From Octopus vulgaris (lineage: Eukaryota), in NCBI GenBank assembly GCA_951406725.2, contig OX597821.1, forward strand, positions 106,206,001 to 106,270,000: DNA of 64,000 nt, in the 5' to 3' direction. Shown piece by piece: positions 26,765 to 43,024 of the stretch. The notes below the pieces were generated by a model. The model was not told the DNA's origin and ran no database searches. It was given only the letters and a program-made list of their open reading frames with translations. Numbering within the stretch: the first letter of the stretch is position 1; every line of letters begins with the position of its first letter. The translations under genes and the position numbers were made by a program.

Positions 26765-26864
26765 GCCTTATATATATATACATAAACACACATACAGACA
26801 CCCAAACAAGCAAATATATATATATATATATATGTATATACATATATATGAGTATATGCATATG

Positions 26865-26923
<59 letters not shown>

Positions 26924-27153
26924 TAATGTATTATATTGAATTCGATAAGGTAGGCATTTTCAGTCGGTCATTTGCAGTCTTACGGCGAAAATTATATATA
27001 TTTCTGAAGTACACCATATATACGTGAAGACATATATTTCCATTAACACACTTCAACCAATACAAACACACACGCATTTTCATATAAGTATATATTTATA
27101 TATGCATGTATTAATATATGTATATATAATCCTGTAATACAGCCATCATTAAT

Positions 27154-28182
27154 ATGTCAGATATATTTACAATTCGATCGTTAATGAAAAATACCATGAC
27201 GCCAAATGGCTTGCCGGTTATAACACACCGCAAAAAAATTCGGGACACTTGTTTATATAAATATTTTAAAAGTGTGCAAAACTGTTACGCCCTCGTGAAT
27301 ATTAAAATGAATTTAAAAATTTGGCGTTTATATAACATAAAGGAACGTATTTTATATATCATCCGCCTATTAGTAATAATTTTGTACGCTTTGGATTGCA
27401 TTCGTGTGATGAGCTTTTTACCTGTGGCTTACAGCAGACATGCTCCATCAGTAGTAATTTTTAATTGCTTAATTGTTGGTGACAATATTATTTCTTTGTA
27501 CACTTTATTTGATAGGGCTTTTCAAGCGGACATGTCCATAGATATCATAAAAGAATTTACTGAATTCAAATCATTGGAATGCGATCTCAAATACCGTGAG
27601 AGGATGTACAAAAAAACTCTCTGTAAGCAATATCTCTCCATGATAATGTTCGTTATTATTTCTTTAATAATGGAGGTACTGTGTCCTGTTGTTTTAAACA
27701 GGACGAATTTTTTGCTTAAGATATACCTCTATCCTCTATCGTTGGACAGTACTGAACACATACCTATACTTGTGTTAAGATACTGTATTCATTTCGTTGA
27801 GATTGTTCCTTACTATTTTTACATATCCGCATCAAATGTAATGCATGATCTTATTTTGAAAGAGTTGAGGCTATCGTCTTCCTATTTAAAACGGAATAAG
27901 ACCAAAGACGACTCAGATTTCAAAAAGTATAATATAGATATCGATATTCTATGCAGCCATTTTCAAAAAGTGTGCAACCTACTCCGTTTAACAAATAAAA
28001 TGACACAAATGCAATCATTTTTGACAATACTGAGCAGTAAAATTTGTATCTTCAGCCTTCTTTATGGGTGGAGAAATGGATTATCTGGTGTGCTGGAATA
28101 TAAATATGTAATAATATTAAGTCTTGGAAAGATTTGCCATTCTGCGTATATTTTTCTGCGAGGTTTCCAGATACATTATATG
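27154..28182 (+). CDS. Gustatory-receptor-like (GR/GRL) gene, alternative large N-terminal exon A (343 codons, predicted TM1-TM6)
   Basis: Intact hydrophobic ORF paralogous to 31322 and 49077 (shared motifs DT.L.KY, LD.IR, FK.LE, KQY, YLYPL, HFQ.(V/L)C.LL.L.N). Similarity stops at ATG|GTATGT (phase-0 donor at 28183), the same position as in both paralogs. The ORF tail VCMTILF... is read-through into the intron. Confidence 0.9.
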
Positions 28183-28474
28183 GTATGTATGACAATATTA
28201 TTTCATCCCTATTTACTTTAATACGATTTCAAGTTCTTCATTTATTTAAGCAATTTTTCACTTGTAAGTGAAAAAATAAATAAACAAAAAATAAAAGAAA
28301 TAAAACGATTAATCCTGTTATTCTATTAAATAGAAATTTTATTTGTGCCAGCTGCTATAGGGTCATACATATATATGTGCGTATGCATGCATATGCAGAC
28401 ACATATATATGTATTTGTATATAGATATAAATATATATCTGTTTATCAACTTATTATATATATATTTTAGTCTT

Positions 28475-28875
28475 TTATTCTTTTACTTGTTTCAGTCATT
28501 TGATTGCGGCCATGCTGGAGCATTGCCTTCAGTCGCAGAAATCGACTTATTCTTTGGGTTCTTTTGCCGAACCGCTATGTTACGGGGACGTAAACCCACC
28601 TGTATCGGTTGTCAAGCGATGTTGGGGGACAAAGACAGACACACTAACATAAACACATACATACACATATGTGTGTGTGTGTGTGTCTGTGAGTGTGTGT
28701 GTGTGTGTGTGTACATATATACGACGGTCTTCTTTCAATTTCCGTCTACCAAATCCACTCACAAAGCTGGTCGGCCTAAGGCTATAGTAGAAGACACTTG
28801 CCCAAGATGTCACGCAGTGAGACTGAACCCGGAACCATGTGGCTGGTAAGCAAGCTACTTACCACATAGCCACTC
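28475..28875 (-). mobile_element. SINE family A
   Basis: Reverse complement of the family A head and core. Confidence 0.85.
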
Positions 28876-28892
28876 ATATGACTGTGTGTATG

Positions 28893-28938
<46 letters not shown>

Positions 28939-29091
28939 TACATATATATATACATACATATATACACATTTAGACATATACATACATCCACACACATACT
29001 CATATATGTATGCCTACACACATACAGTCACAGATATATACAGAGATATATAATTATATATAAACGTGCGTGTGTATGTGTAATTTGTATG

Positions 29092-29140
<49 letters not shown>

Positions 29141-29864
29141 GTATTGTGTTAGTAAGTAGAGGCACTTACGCATTTATGCATGTGTGCGTGTATGTGTATA
29201 TAAACATATATATATGTATGCATGTATGTATGTATATATATATATATATACATAGAGAGAGAGAGAGAGAGTGAGAGACAGGTGGAATGTTGGATGGCCG
29301 GTCAGACTGATGGATGGATTGACAGAGAAAGAGAAAGAGAAAGAGACTGGTGTGAAGAGATTGATTGATTTATGAAATGATAGATAGATGGATGGTAGAT
29401 ATTACGTTTAGCATTATGCGCTAAGCAGTTTTAAGTAATTCTGCCTCCATTAGTATTTCCAAATTATCTAATATAATAACTTCATCGTTCAAATTAATGG
29501 ATGCGGATTAGCACGTTAGATTGCTGGAGTGACTTAATTATCGAAAGAAACTCGCGAATTCTTTAACACAATACCACCTCTCAAGCAATGAAAAGAGATA
29601 TAGTTAATTTTTATGCAATCTGGATTATTTCAATTATTGTTTTATAAACGATATCTCGCACGATTATTGTTCTTGACCTTTCTTCAATTTATCAATAGTA
29701 TCTTAAAAGCATATTCTTATTTTATGCCTCCCGTTCGCAATAAATCTATAGATATATCGCTTATATCAATTATGCGTTCATTGTTTTGTTTTAATGCCGC
29801 TGTTTCGTAACATGCTTCATGAAATTTAAGCTAGTATTGATTTTCGTCATAGATATACACATAG

Positions 29865-29951
<87 letters not shown>

Positions 29952-30015
29952 TTGATATAGATATATTCACACAGACATATATGCTTGTATGCATGCAAAC
30001 GTGTACGATTTTATA

Positions 30016-30056
<41 letters not shown>

Positions 30057-30143
30057 GTATAAGCATATACATCACACGTACATATACATATATATAGATA
30101 TATGTATGAATTTATATATGTACACACACACACACAAACACAT

Positions 30144-30191
<48 letters not shown>

Positions 30192-30194
30192 ATG

Positions 30195-30269
<75 letters not shown>

Positions 30270-30782
30270 CAATATACGTATATACATACACGTACATATA
30301 TATGAATTTATATATGTACACATCCATATATATATATATACGTGTGTATGTGTGTTTGACTTTGTCTTTGTGGGGGCAGTGTATGAATATAGAAAATAAG
30401 ATTAGATGAACTCGGTAGTGTGAATGCTGATTAGATATAAAAAAAAAAAAAGGTGTATAAAATATTTGTGATACATCTCGATCGAAACGGATGAGGAATG
30501 GATTTTAAGTAATAGTTACATTAGGAAGGAAAAGCACTTAACAAATCTATTCAATGTTTTTTTTAAGCTGCAGCGAAAACCGTGCATTGTAGAATTTGAT
30601 GGAGGCGGCAATCACAAAACAAAGTTTACAATCACAAAACAAAGTTTTTGCCCAATTAATGTATCGCTCCGTCAAGCAAACAGAGGCATCCATTACTAAG
30701 CGCACGCAAGCACAGACTTTTTCACATACACGCACGCATGCATACGCACATACATACATACATACATACATACATACATACA

Positions 30783-30813
<31 letters not shown>

Positions 30814-30814
30814 G

Positions 30815-30873
<59 letters not shown>

Positions 30874-30874
30874 G

Positions 30875-30936
<62 letters not shown>

Positions 30937-31137
30937 AAACAATGATTTTAGGATGGAAATTATAAATATTAATATTGCTATATCTATATTTATATCGGTA
31001 TATCCATAAAACAACCCCGTAAAAACTCCCTAGTCAGCAAAATTCATTAGACAATAGCTAACATAACAAAACAGGAGCTTTATCTGCATCCCATTAACTT
31101 TACCATAAACGAATTTAAATGATACATACATACATAC

Positions 31138-31237
<100 letters not shown>

Positions 31238-31321
31238 AATCAGTGATATACTCACAGTCAGTATCTCAGTAATATTGCACCGTTAGATATTCCCTAAATT
31301 AAAAAAGAGAAAGAAAAAGAC

Positions 31322-32311
31322 ATGCAGCGAACCTCATTTTCGAATCAAGAAACGACCCGGAAAAAATTACAGGATACATGTTTGTTGAAATATACGGAAA
31401 ATATTCAAAAATATTACGCACTCGTGAATCTGAAAATGAATTCTAACTTATGGTATTCGTACAACACAAAGAGACGCATTTTCTATATCATTCATGTCTT
31501 TCTAATTATTTTATTTACACTGGACTGCATTCGTATTATTAGCTTTCTAGCTGTATCCTACAAATCCTTTGCTTTTTCAGGGATAGCCTTCAGTTTCATG
31601 TTAGCTGCGGAAAATGTAATCTCGTTGTACACCCTAGTTGATTGTTGTTTTAAAGCGACCATTTCAATTGATATCATTACACAATTCATACAATTTAAGC
31701 CTCTCGAAATCGATGCCAGGTTCGTAGACAAACTATACAAGAGTCTAAAATTTAAACAATATATAGGTGTGACACTGTTTTTCATTATTTCATTCGTACT
31801 TGAAGTGTTGTGCCCAACTATTGTAAAGAGTGCCAATTTTTTGATTACGTTATATCTATATCCTCTAACATATGATACGGAGTGTTATAAACCAATATTG
31901 TTGTTGAGATACTGTATTCATTTACTACAACTTATTCCTTACTATTTCCACATCTCTGTTTTAAATATCATGCAAGGTATTATTCTGAAAGAGTTCAAGA
32001 TAATATCCGACCGTTTAAAATTGTATGAAACTAACAGTAAAACAGAATTTGTAAATCCTCTTCTAGGTATCAAAATTCTATTCAAACATTTTCAAGAAGT
32101 ATGTGCCTTGCTCAATTTATCAAATAAATTTACACAAAAACAATCGCTTTTCACGTTACTAAGCAGTCAAATTTGTATCTATTCCATTTTATATGGCTGG
32201 AGAAATGCTTTAACAGACAGTTATGCATATACGTATGTAACTGTATTGACTCTCCTTACGAATGTTCATTTCCTGTACATATTTCTGAAAGGATTACAGT
32301 TAAATTGTTTG
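31322..32311 (+). CDS. GR-like gene, alternative large N-terminal exon B (330 codons)
   Basis: Intact paralog of exons A and C. It ends TTG|GTATGT (phase 0, donor at 32312). I found no C-terminal GR exons between here and exon C. Confidence 0.88.
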
Positions 32312-32499
32312 GTATGTATGAAGAGTTTCTTGCATTGCGTTCTTCTTGAATATAATTACTAACTGATAGATAAATCCTTCCACTCTTTGAGCCATTCCAT
32401 CACTAACTACATTGTTTTATCTTCCTTCTTTGTGTGAAACCCTACAAACAAACATCCCACTCACACAGGCTTGTGTGTGTATGTGTACGTATATAAATT

Positions 32500-32550
<51 letters not shown>

Positions 32551-33039
32551 ATGTATATGTAAGTGAATGTATATACGTATATTGAGGTGTACGTATATAT
32601 ATATGTGTGTGTGTACATACATAAATTCATACATATATATATGTATATGTACGTGTGATGTATATACGTATACTGATGTATATATTTACATGATCTAGGA
32701 TGTACTTGCTTATACTTGTGTATATATAAACTGTGTGTTTATGCGAAATTTGTATATGTGTGCGTAATATATACAGAGATAGAGAGAGACAGAGAGAGAG
32801 TGAGGGGAGAGACATGAGCAGGACAGAAATCTTTTATGCTTTCTTCTAGTATCAAACTGCTACACAATACTCGTATCTGTCATGCGTTAACAGCTCAATC
32901 AAAGATTTGCACACAAACAGACACACGTATGTATACATACACACATACATACATATCTTTCTCTATGTATCTATCTATTTCCCTACATACCTACTTATCA
33001 CCCTATTCAACCCTCTCTGTATATATATATATATATTTA

Positions 33040-33081
<42 letters not shown>

Positions 33082-33199
33082 TATATGTATATATATACAT
33101 ATGTATATGTGTATATAAATATACATATACACACACACACACTTATGGTTAGAATGAACAATAGACAAATAAACATATAGATGTATGTGTACATATATA

Positions 33200-34380
33200 C
33201 ACAGTAAATAGACATCTTTAATTTTTCAAAACCTTTTGTTTAATACGCAAAGTGAACAATTGAAATGTAATCGATAGTTAGGACTACATACTTTAGTATT
33301 TCGTTGACATTCCCTTTGCAGTTTTTAATTCAGAAACTCTTTTTGACATTGAACTGATGAGCTTTCTGATTGAATCTTGTGGAATTTTTGCCCAATGTTC
33401 ACGTAACAATCGAAACAATTTATCTTTATATTTAGGTTTCTGTCGAGTTTTTCCTATAGCTCTATCTAGTATGCTACACAGATTTTCAGTTGGGTTCATG
33501 TCAGGAGATTAGCTCGGCCAAGGAAGCGTTTTGATCCCATTTTTCAGCCAGCCATTATTGATTCATTTTCGTTGTGTGCAAGGAGCCCCATCTTCCATGA
33601 ATAAAAACTCATTTATCGTTATGTTATCGTGTGAATACATCGGAAGTCGTCCTTGCTTAAGTATTTCGCTGTATTTTTCAGAGTTTATGGTTCCAACACA
33701 TTCAATCAGCTCAGAACGACCATTGCTAATGAGAGCTCCCCATATCATTACAGATATACCGCCATGTTTCACATTTGGTCGGAGTCGTTCCAAATCAAAT
33801 TCATGATTGAGAAGCCTCCTGACCGAAACACGTCCACTGTCTGAAAATAATGCAGACCTGGATTCATCTGAGAAATTCACTCTATCCCAAAATGAACTGG
33901 ATTTTTCTGACATCTTAGCCCATTTCTTTCTTTTCGTGATATTAATTGGTTGAAGGAGAGGTTTTCTTATGGCTGCTCGTCCATAATACCCAAGCTTATT
34001 CAGATATATAATACACGTTCTTGGATTAACTTCTAGTTGCCTTGCAACACCAGAAGCCTTCGAACGGAGTTCGTTTTCCAAAATTCTCTTCAAACAGCGA
34101 AGCTTCCTTTCCAAAGGCCCAGGATGAGAATCTGTTGATTATTTTTCTTGGCTTTTGAATTGCACTATAATTCTGTTAACAATAGCAAGAGGAATTTTTC
34201 GCTGGCTAAGACCAGCCTCAGAGTGCCCAACAATAAGACCTCTTTGAAAATATGACAGTTCTGCCGATTTTTTTTTTGTGCGTGGCATGGTTACTCTTCG
34301 AAAATGTTTAACATACTGGCACCTGGAATGAAAAAGAATAATTACACTGTAAATTCTACACGGCTGAAAACATATTAAGA
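33200..34380 (-). mobile_element. Tc1-family transposon with disrupted DD34E transposase (ATG near 34288, stop near 33293)
   Basis: HTH MPRT...[44 protein letters not shown] and PDMNPTENL, with frameshifts and stops. Confidence 0.88.
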
Positions 34381-34408
34381 CGTTTAGATCAGAAATATGT
34401 CTACGTAC

Positions 34409-34443
<35 letters not shown>

Positions 34444-34461
34444 TGTATGTATGTATGTATG

Positions 34462-34492
<31 letters not shown>

Positions 34493-34761
34493 TGTATGTA
34501 TGTATGTATGTATGTACGAGTTCAGGCGCAGATTCGTTATAAGATGTTTCCTTCTCGGGGTCAGTCGAAAGAAGTTGGGGATAAGTTTTCTTCTGTGATA
34601 CCCATGCCGCCCAAAGCCTTGTAAGTGGATTTGCTAGGAGAATACCGACAGAAGCCACTGTTATACATGTATGTATGTCTTCATATGTATGTGTGTGTAC
34701 GTGTTTGTGTGTGTGCCTGTGTATATATGTGTATATATATATATTTATACATACGAACATA

Positions 34762-34814
<53 letters not shown>

Positions 34815-34831
34815 GAATATATATAAGAATG

Positions 34832-34957
<126 letters not shown>

Positions 34958-34959
34958 CA

Positions 34960-36790
<1,831 letters not shown>

Positions 36791-36878
36791 CATATGCATA
36801 TGTAAATTCGTATACATGTAAGTATGTACTTATACGTATGTATATATGCATATATATATATATTATTTATATTATATT

Positions 36879-36937
<59 letters not shown>

Positions 36938-37059
36938 ACTGAAAGCTATGACCATGCTGGGGCACCGCCGTTTTACTACACTGTTATTAGTGAGAACATC
37001 ATCTAATATGTGAGTTTGATATCGCTGCCCTCATTTGCGCCTTCTGCTGCTAGGTAGGT

Positions 37060-37520
37060 TCATCTGGGACTCTCGACAGGATGAAATCCAGTTTTAATTT
37101 GAAAACCACTATATTCACTTTGTCCTTCAGTCTCTTTGAAAAATATTAAAAAGCTATGGGCCCGTAAAACCCAGTCTGTTGCATTAACCAGTCCTGGGGT
37201 ACGATGGCATTGCTGGGATATTTGGCACTGTGCAATGTGGACCCGTCCTGGCATTTGTGTAGTTTTTCAATGCCAAACTTTGACACAGTCCCTTCCAGCG
37301 TCTTCCAGATGTTTATTACTGCATATCTCTCCTGCATTCGCTCCAGAGAGTAGAGTCTTAGCTGTTGCAATGAGATGGTTTTCTTTGTGAAGCTTCGCAA
37401 AATTGCTTCAATGCCCGCTGTTAATTTTACACTGTATGGTGACCATAGTTGGGGGCAGTAGTCCAGGTGGCTGAGAACAACTGTTCTCCACAGGACCATC
37501 ATGGCTTCCTTCTCTTTAGT
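37060..37520 (-). mobile_element. CR1-like LINE 3' fragment
   Basis: VLSHLDYCPQLWSPY...LRLYSLERMQERY in ORF 37146-37502. Confidence 0.8.
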
Positions 37521-39210
37521 TCAAAAAGTTCTCAAGATACTGCAGAAACAATATTGCTCTCTCTTTAGTGATTCCACTGATATTGACGTAAGAGAAGCGA
37601 ATGAAGTTGATTCCCAACATAAAATCTCAGACATCATCGCAGCAATAAATGAGGTCAAATAATATTCTGCTCTAGGCCCTGATAGATTCCCTGCTAATCT
37701 CCTGAAGGAATGTAGACACAACTTGCAGTCTCTCTGACCAAGCTCTGGACAAATTCTTTAGATTCAGGTTATATACCGAAACAACTCCTATCCCAGTCTG
37801 TCATCCTGGTTTTAAAACAGGGAAACAGATCCCTCGCAGTCAGTTATTCCCCAATCTCACTCACCTCCCATATAATTAAAGTGTTTGAAAGAGTGGTAAG
37901 ATCAAGGATAGCTGGCTTCATGGAGATTCACAAACTTCTAAATGCAAATAAGCATGGCTTTCGCTGCGGCAGGGACTGTCTTACACAACTCTAATACTAC
38001 ATTGAAGATATACTTAAGTAAAGCTTTCGACAGCATTGACTATAATGTCTTACTCTCAAAATTGGCATATGTTGGAATCCATGGAAATCTTCAACACTGG
38101 ATTGAGTATTTCCTGGCGAATAGAACACAACATGTTGTGGTTGATGAAGTCCAATCAAGCCCAGAAAAAGTCACCAGTGGTGTAGATCTTTATGATCTAC
38201 ATAACCGACATTTCCAGCTTCGTAAAACACTGCAAAGTGAAAATATTTGCTGTTGAAACTAAGCTCCAGCAAATCATCAATGAAGAAGAAGACCGAACTC
38301 AAATCCGATCCGATCGATATGCGGTGAGTCAATGGGCAGACAAAAACAAAGTGCAACCAAACGAGGGAAAATTTGAGCTGATGCATTTTGGAAGAAAGAC
38401 TATACTAAAACAGCCATACTCTCTTCCTTCAAGGGAACCGCTCACAGCATTTAATAATATCAGAGACCTAGGGGTAATTCTTGATAACAATCACAGTTGG
38501 AGTGCCCAAATCAACAATAAGGTCGGTGGATATAGCTGTAGGATGAGCTCCTAGATCTTAAGAACTTTCCGGTCCAGAGAATAAGGTGTCATCATTCCAA
38601 TTTTCTCCTCTTTGTACGGCCACACCTCGAATACTGCTGCCCCCTGTGGTCTCCCAATATAAAACAAAATCTCTCGAAAATTGAATCACCGCAGAGGGCA
38701 TTCACTAAACGAATTAAGAGCATGACTGATCTCGATTACAGAGATCGCCTTAAAACATTGAAACTCTACTTTCTCTAGCGTCGCCGCGAGCGGCATATCA
38801 TTTGCACGATGTGGAGAATATACCGCGAGTATTGCACAAACGACCTGAACATTAACTTCAAGGTTCATCCATGGATGGAACCACGGGCCATACGTCCCCT
38901 GCCCAATTCAGGATCACAACATATAAGTACACTGCAACACAATTTCTTTTCCTCAACAGGCCCTGACCTATTTAACATTGTCCCGAAACTGATCAAAGAA
39001 GAAAAAAAGATCCTTATCACCTTTAAACAGTCTGGAAAGATTACTTCAAGGAAAACCAGATAAGCTATTTATACCTGGATACAACTCACTACTTGAATGG
39101 ACCAAGATACCACAGAACTTGATTTAAAATAATTCAGACAATCCTATCAGGGGGTACTTTTAAGTTAGACATGGCCTTGACCAATCTTTGGTCGAAACAG
39201 CTAAGTTGAT
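37520..39210 (+). mobile_element. Degenerate CR1-like LINE (RT region to 3' end)
   Basis: GPDRFPA, PISLTSHIIKVFER, LSKAFDSIDY..LLSKL, IRDLGVILD and RPHLEYCCPLWSP remnants across frameshifts. Confidence 0.85.
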
Positions 39211-39438
39211 ATGTATTCTCGTATATATACATATATATATATATATATAGTAAGCAATAAAGGGTTTAGCAACGAATTGCCTTACCACAGACCGAATTTA
39301 GAAATAGCAGTCAAAGAGTTATAGCTATTTCTTCTACTAAAAAGGAGATCTCAGTAAAAAACACAGCAATTGGAAGGCAGACACAAACAAGTAAGAGAGA
39401 ATGAATTGACGGCAATCTATCATACAATTTTAAGTTAT

Positions 39439-39537
39439 CTACGGACGCACGTTTCGAAATCAAGTTTTTAGGAAAGCATGAGAATTAAATATTAAATAAT
39501 TCTATCTTACCAAGAACTTCCTTTCTCTTCAGCGTAG
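39439..39537 (-). ncRNA. Type I hammerhead ribozyme motif
   Basis: Minus strand: ctacg CTGAAGA gaaa...tttc GAAA cgtgcg TC cgtag, with a long stem II insertion. Confidence 0.72.
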
Positions 39538-40261
39538 AATACTATAATCATAAATGATTATATATTGAATTTTGAGATACTAGAAGGCACCAACTCAACT
39601 CAGTATCAGAGCGAGCTAGAATCCGCAACTAGTATCACCAAACTCAACGTGTGAATGAAGGGATTGTGTCACCAGCCCCTTCCCACCCGCGTGTAGCCAA
39701 AACAAGATGCTATGGTCATCTACTGAGATAAAATATGGTTATCCGTAATAATGAAGGGTGAAATTAATTAATTTGGAATAATTATCAATTACACCAAGTA
39801 GTCTTCGGCATGTAAAAGCCTCCATCACGTCATCACGTGACCGACCAGTCCATCAGATGTAGTTACACATCGCTGGTCACAATGCGTTCGCATTGTTTTA
39901 GCCTTCGAATGACGCACCCCGCTGGCTACGCGAGCAGGCCGACAGAAAAAAGAGTGGTAAAAGAGTACAGCAGGGATCACCCCTTCCCCCTGCCGGAGCC
40001 TCATGGAGCTTTTAGGTGTTTTCGCTCAATAAACACACACAACGCCCGGTCTGGGTATTTTTTAGAATGTAGAAATTTTTTACCACCCTGGCCTAGCTTG
40101 TAGAAAAACTAGTCAACAGACTATATATTCGTTATATATACAGTGTACATTTAAGTACATAAGAGATGGCCATAATCGGACATCTAAAACGCTAGAAGGA
40201 GTAGTTAAAATCCAAAACACAATGTCGAAAGGGAATGAAAAATAAAACCATTTACTATATA

Positions 40262-40336
40262 TTTCCTGGACCATGGTTTCAAGCTCTCTTCAGCAAATAA
40301 AGTATTTTGCTACGCGAAGCTCTCATCAGCAGGAAA
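40262..40336 (-). ncRNA. Type I hammerhead ribozyme motif with canonical core
   Basis: Minus strand: tttcctg CTGATGA gagct...agctt GAAA ccatgg TC caggaaa. It has a 7-bp stem I, a stem II, a palindromic stem III and a GUC cleavage triplet. Confidence 0.8.
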
Positions 40337-40583
40337 GCCAAAGATTAATATATAAGACCGAGGCAATACAGAACATGCCACGTGGTTACATGTTATAATT
40401 TTTCAAATCCACCGCCCAAACGCAGTTTTGTTTCCGGCAGCAAATAGAAATAATGATGATTTTCTGTCTAAATTAGCCAACAGAATTATCATTTATAAAT
40501 TTCAGAGTAATAAAATATTATTTAGAATTATTTTACCACCGTGGCCCCGCGTGTAGACAAACTAGTCAACAGACTATATATTA

Positions 40584-40650
<67 letters not shown>

Positions 40651-41069
40651 TGTACACTTAAAATGCAGTGTACATTTAAAATACAGTGTGCATTAAAATT
40701 TACGGTGTAAATTTGAAATGCTGGTGTGTTGTTGCAATCTCCACCACAAAAAATAACAAACAGGAAGAGATAATGAAAACAAAACTGAGAGAACGCGCAA
40801 GGAAGGAAATGAAGAAAAAAGTGCAAACACAGAATATGCAAACAGAGCAAATCTGAATAGTCAGCTCTGAATGAATGCCAGACCTTGAAATGCTTTAGAA
40901 ATTAATCACTGAAAACAGATAGCAACGTCCATCAATCTAAATTTTAGAATATATATATATATGTAAAGAAAACAAAATGCAAAAATATGAAAGATTGTAA
41001 CGTTAGAACTGTTGTTGAGGATATCTAGAGATAAGCAAATTGACAGAGACAAACACACACACACGCGCA

Positions 41070-41323
41070 TATATATATATATATATATATATGCATATAC
41101 ACATATACAATTACATTCGCATATGCATTTGTGTGCATATAGATAAGCATATGTGTATGGGCGCAGTATTGAGTGTGTGATAAGAAGCTTGATTCCCTAC
41201 CACATGTTTCTGGGTTCAATCCTACTGCGTGGCACCTTGGGCTAATGTCTTCTACTATAGCTTCAGGTCGACCGAAGTCTTGGCAGTGGATTTGGTAGAC
41301 GGAAACTGAAAGTATCCCGTCGA

Positions 41324-41357
<34 letters not shown>

Positions 41358-41864
41358 AAATCTGTTCTGTCTGTCTGTGTGTGTGTGTTCAAGGATATCG
41401 AGCATCCTCCATCCGATTGCGTTCTCATATCTAGATACCGACGGTATCAGGGCGTGTAGAAGTTTTGGAAAATCGATTCTAGGTGAGAATTCGATCGATA
41501 AAGCCGTGGGAACGTGCAAGTAAATCAGCTTTGCGATCGATGCTACGCGTATGCGAGAAAAATACACGTGCAATTTGCACCAAAAACCCGGCTTGCTTGG
41601 AATAATGCCACAAAATGCAATATGTTTAAGAGACCCAAAAATTAGGTTGCAAAAGAGATATTTTCTTCAAACCAGGAATGAAGGAAAGAAAAGCTATTTG
41701 GTCTCCTAAGAACTATTTTTTGCTCTAACTTCGTTTCACAAAACCAAAAATTTTATTCAAATAAAGGCATGCTTAATTATTTTTTAATGAAAAGAAAACA
41801 CTGATTGCTCTTTATTCAGTAGATACAATTCCCCACCATCCATTGGACGGGGGGCGTTTTGCTC

Positions 41865-41926
<62 letters not shown>

Positions 41927-42980
41927 CATATACATAAAAGAATGAGAGTAGACTTGACAAAGTGCGTTTTTGGCCCTAGCAACGGCACGTTTTAAGATAG
42001 GGATTTCTAACCTAGCCCACTGGCATCCTCACCTCATTTTACATGTTCCTGTAGATTTTGGAGTCAATCCGACGGGATCTAGTGGCCTTTAACCCGTTCT
42101 CAATGCCAAAACCAGACAAACAAACAAACTTTTCGCATTTCAGGTTTATAATACATATATATATATATATATATATATTCACTTATATATATATATGCAT
42201 ATACACATATACAATTACATTCGCATATGCATTTGTGTGCATATAGATAAGCATATGTGTATGGGCGCAGTAGTGAGTGTGTGATAAGAAGCTTGATTCC
42301 CTACCACATGTTTCTGGGTTCAATCCCACTGCGTGGCACCTTGGGCTAATGTCTTCTACTATAGCTGCAGGCCGACCGAAGCCTTGACAGTGGATTTGGT
42401 AGACGGAAACTAAAAGTATCCCGTCGAATATATATATGTATATATATATTATATAAAATCCGTTCTGTCTGTCTGTGTGTGTGTCTTCAAGGATATCGGG
42501 CATCCTCCATCCGATTGCGCTCAAATTTGAGATATAGATACCGACGGTATCAGGCCGTGTAGAAGTCTTGGAAAAATTACAAAAATCGATTCTAGGTGAG
42601 AATTCGATCGATAAAGCCGTGGGAACGTGCAAGTAAATCAGCTGTTGCGATCGATTCTACGCCTATGCGAGAAAACTGCACGTGCAATTTGCACCAAAAA
42701 AGCCGGCTGGCTTGAAATAATGCCACAAAATGCAATATATTTAAGAGACCCAAAAATTAGGTTGCAAAAGAGATATTTTCTTCAAACCTGGAATGAAGGA
42801 AAGAAAAGCTATTTGGTTTCTCAAGAACTTTTTTTTTGCCCTAACTTCGTTTCACAAAACCAAAAATTTTATTCAAATAAAGGCATGCTTAATTATTTTT
42901 TAATGAAAAGAAAACACTGATGGCTCTTTATTCAGTAGATATGATTCACCACCATCCATTGGGCGGGGGCTGTTTTGCTC

Positions 42981-42985
<5 letters not shown>
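41070..42985 (+). repeat. Local tandem duplication of about 800 bp (41070-41850 and 42180-42985), each copy a SINE head plus a Helitron/DINE-like element
   Basis: Near-identical copies. The Helitron-like part begins ttatataaaatc(c/t)gttctgtctgtctg and ends with a GC hairpin followed by gctcgt. Confidence 0.85.

Positions 42986-43024
<39 letters not shown>

Noticed and set aside
29613-29810. 65-aa ORF between exons A and B as a private C-terminal exon
   Set aside because: It has no GISIGG or TYhhhhhQ motif and no matching splice-site pattern.
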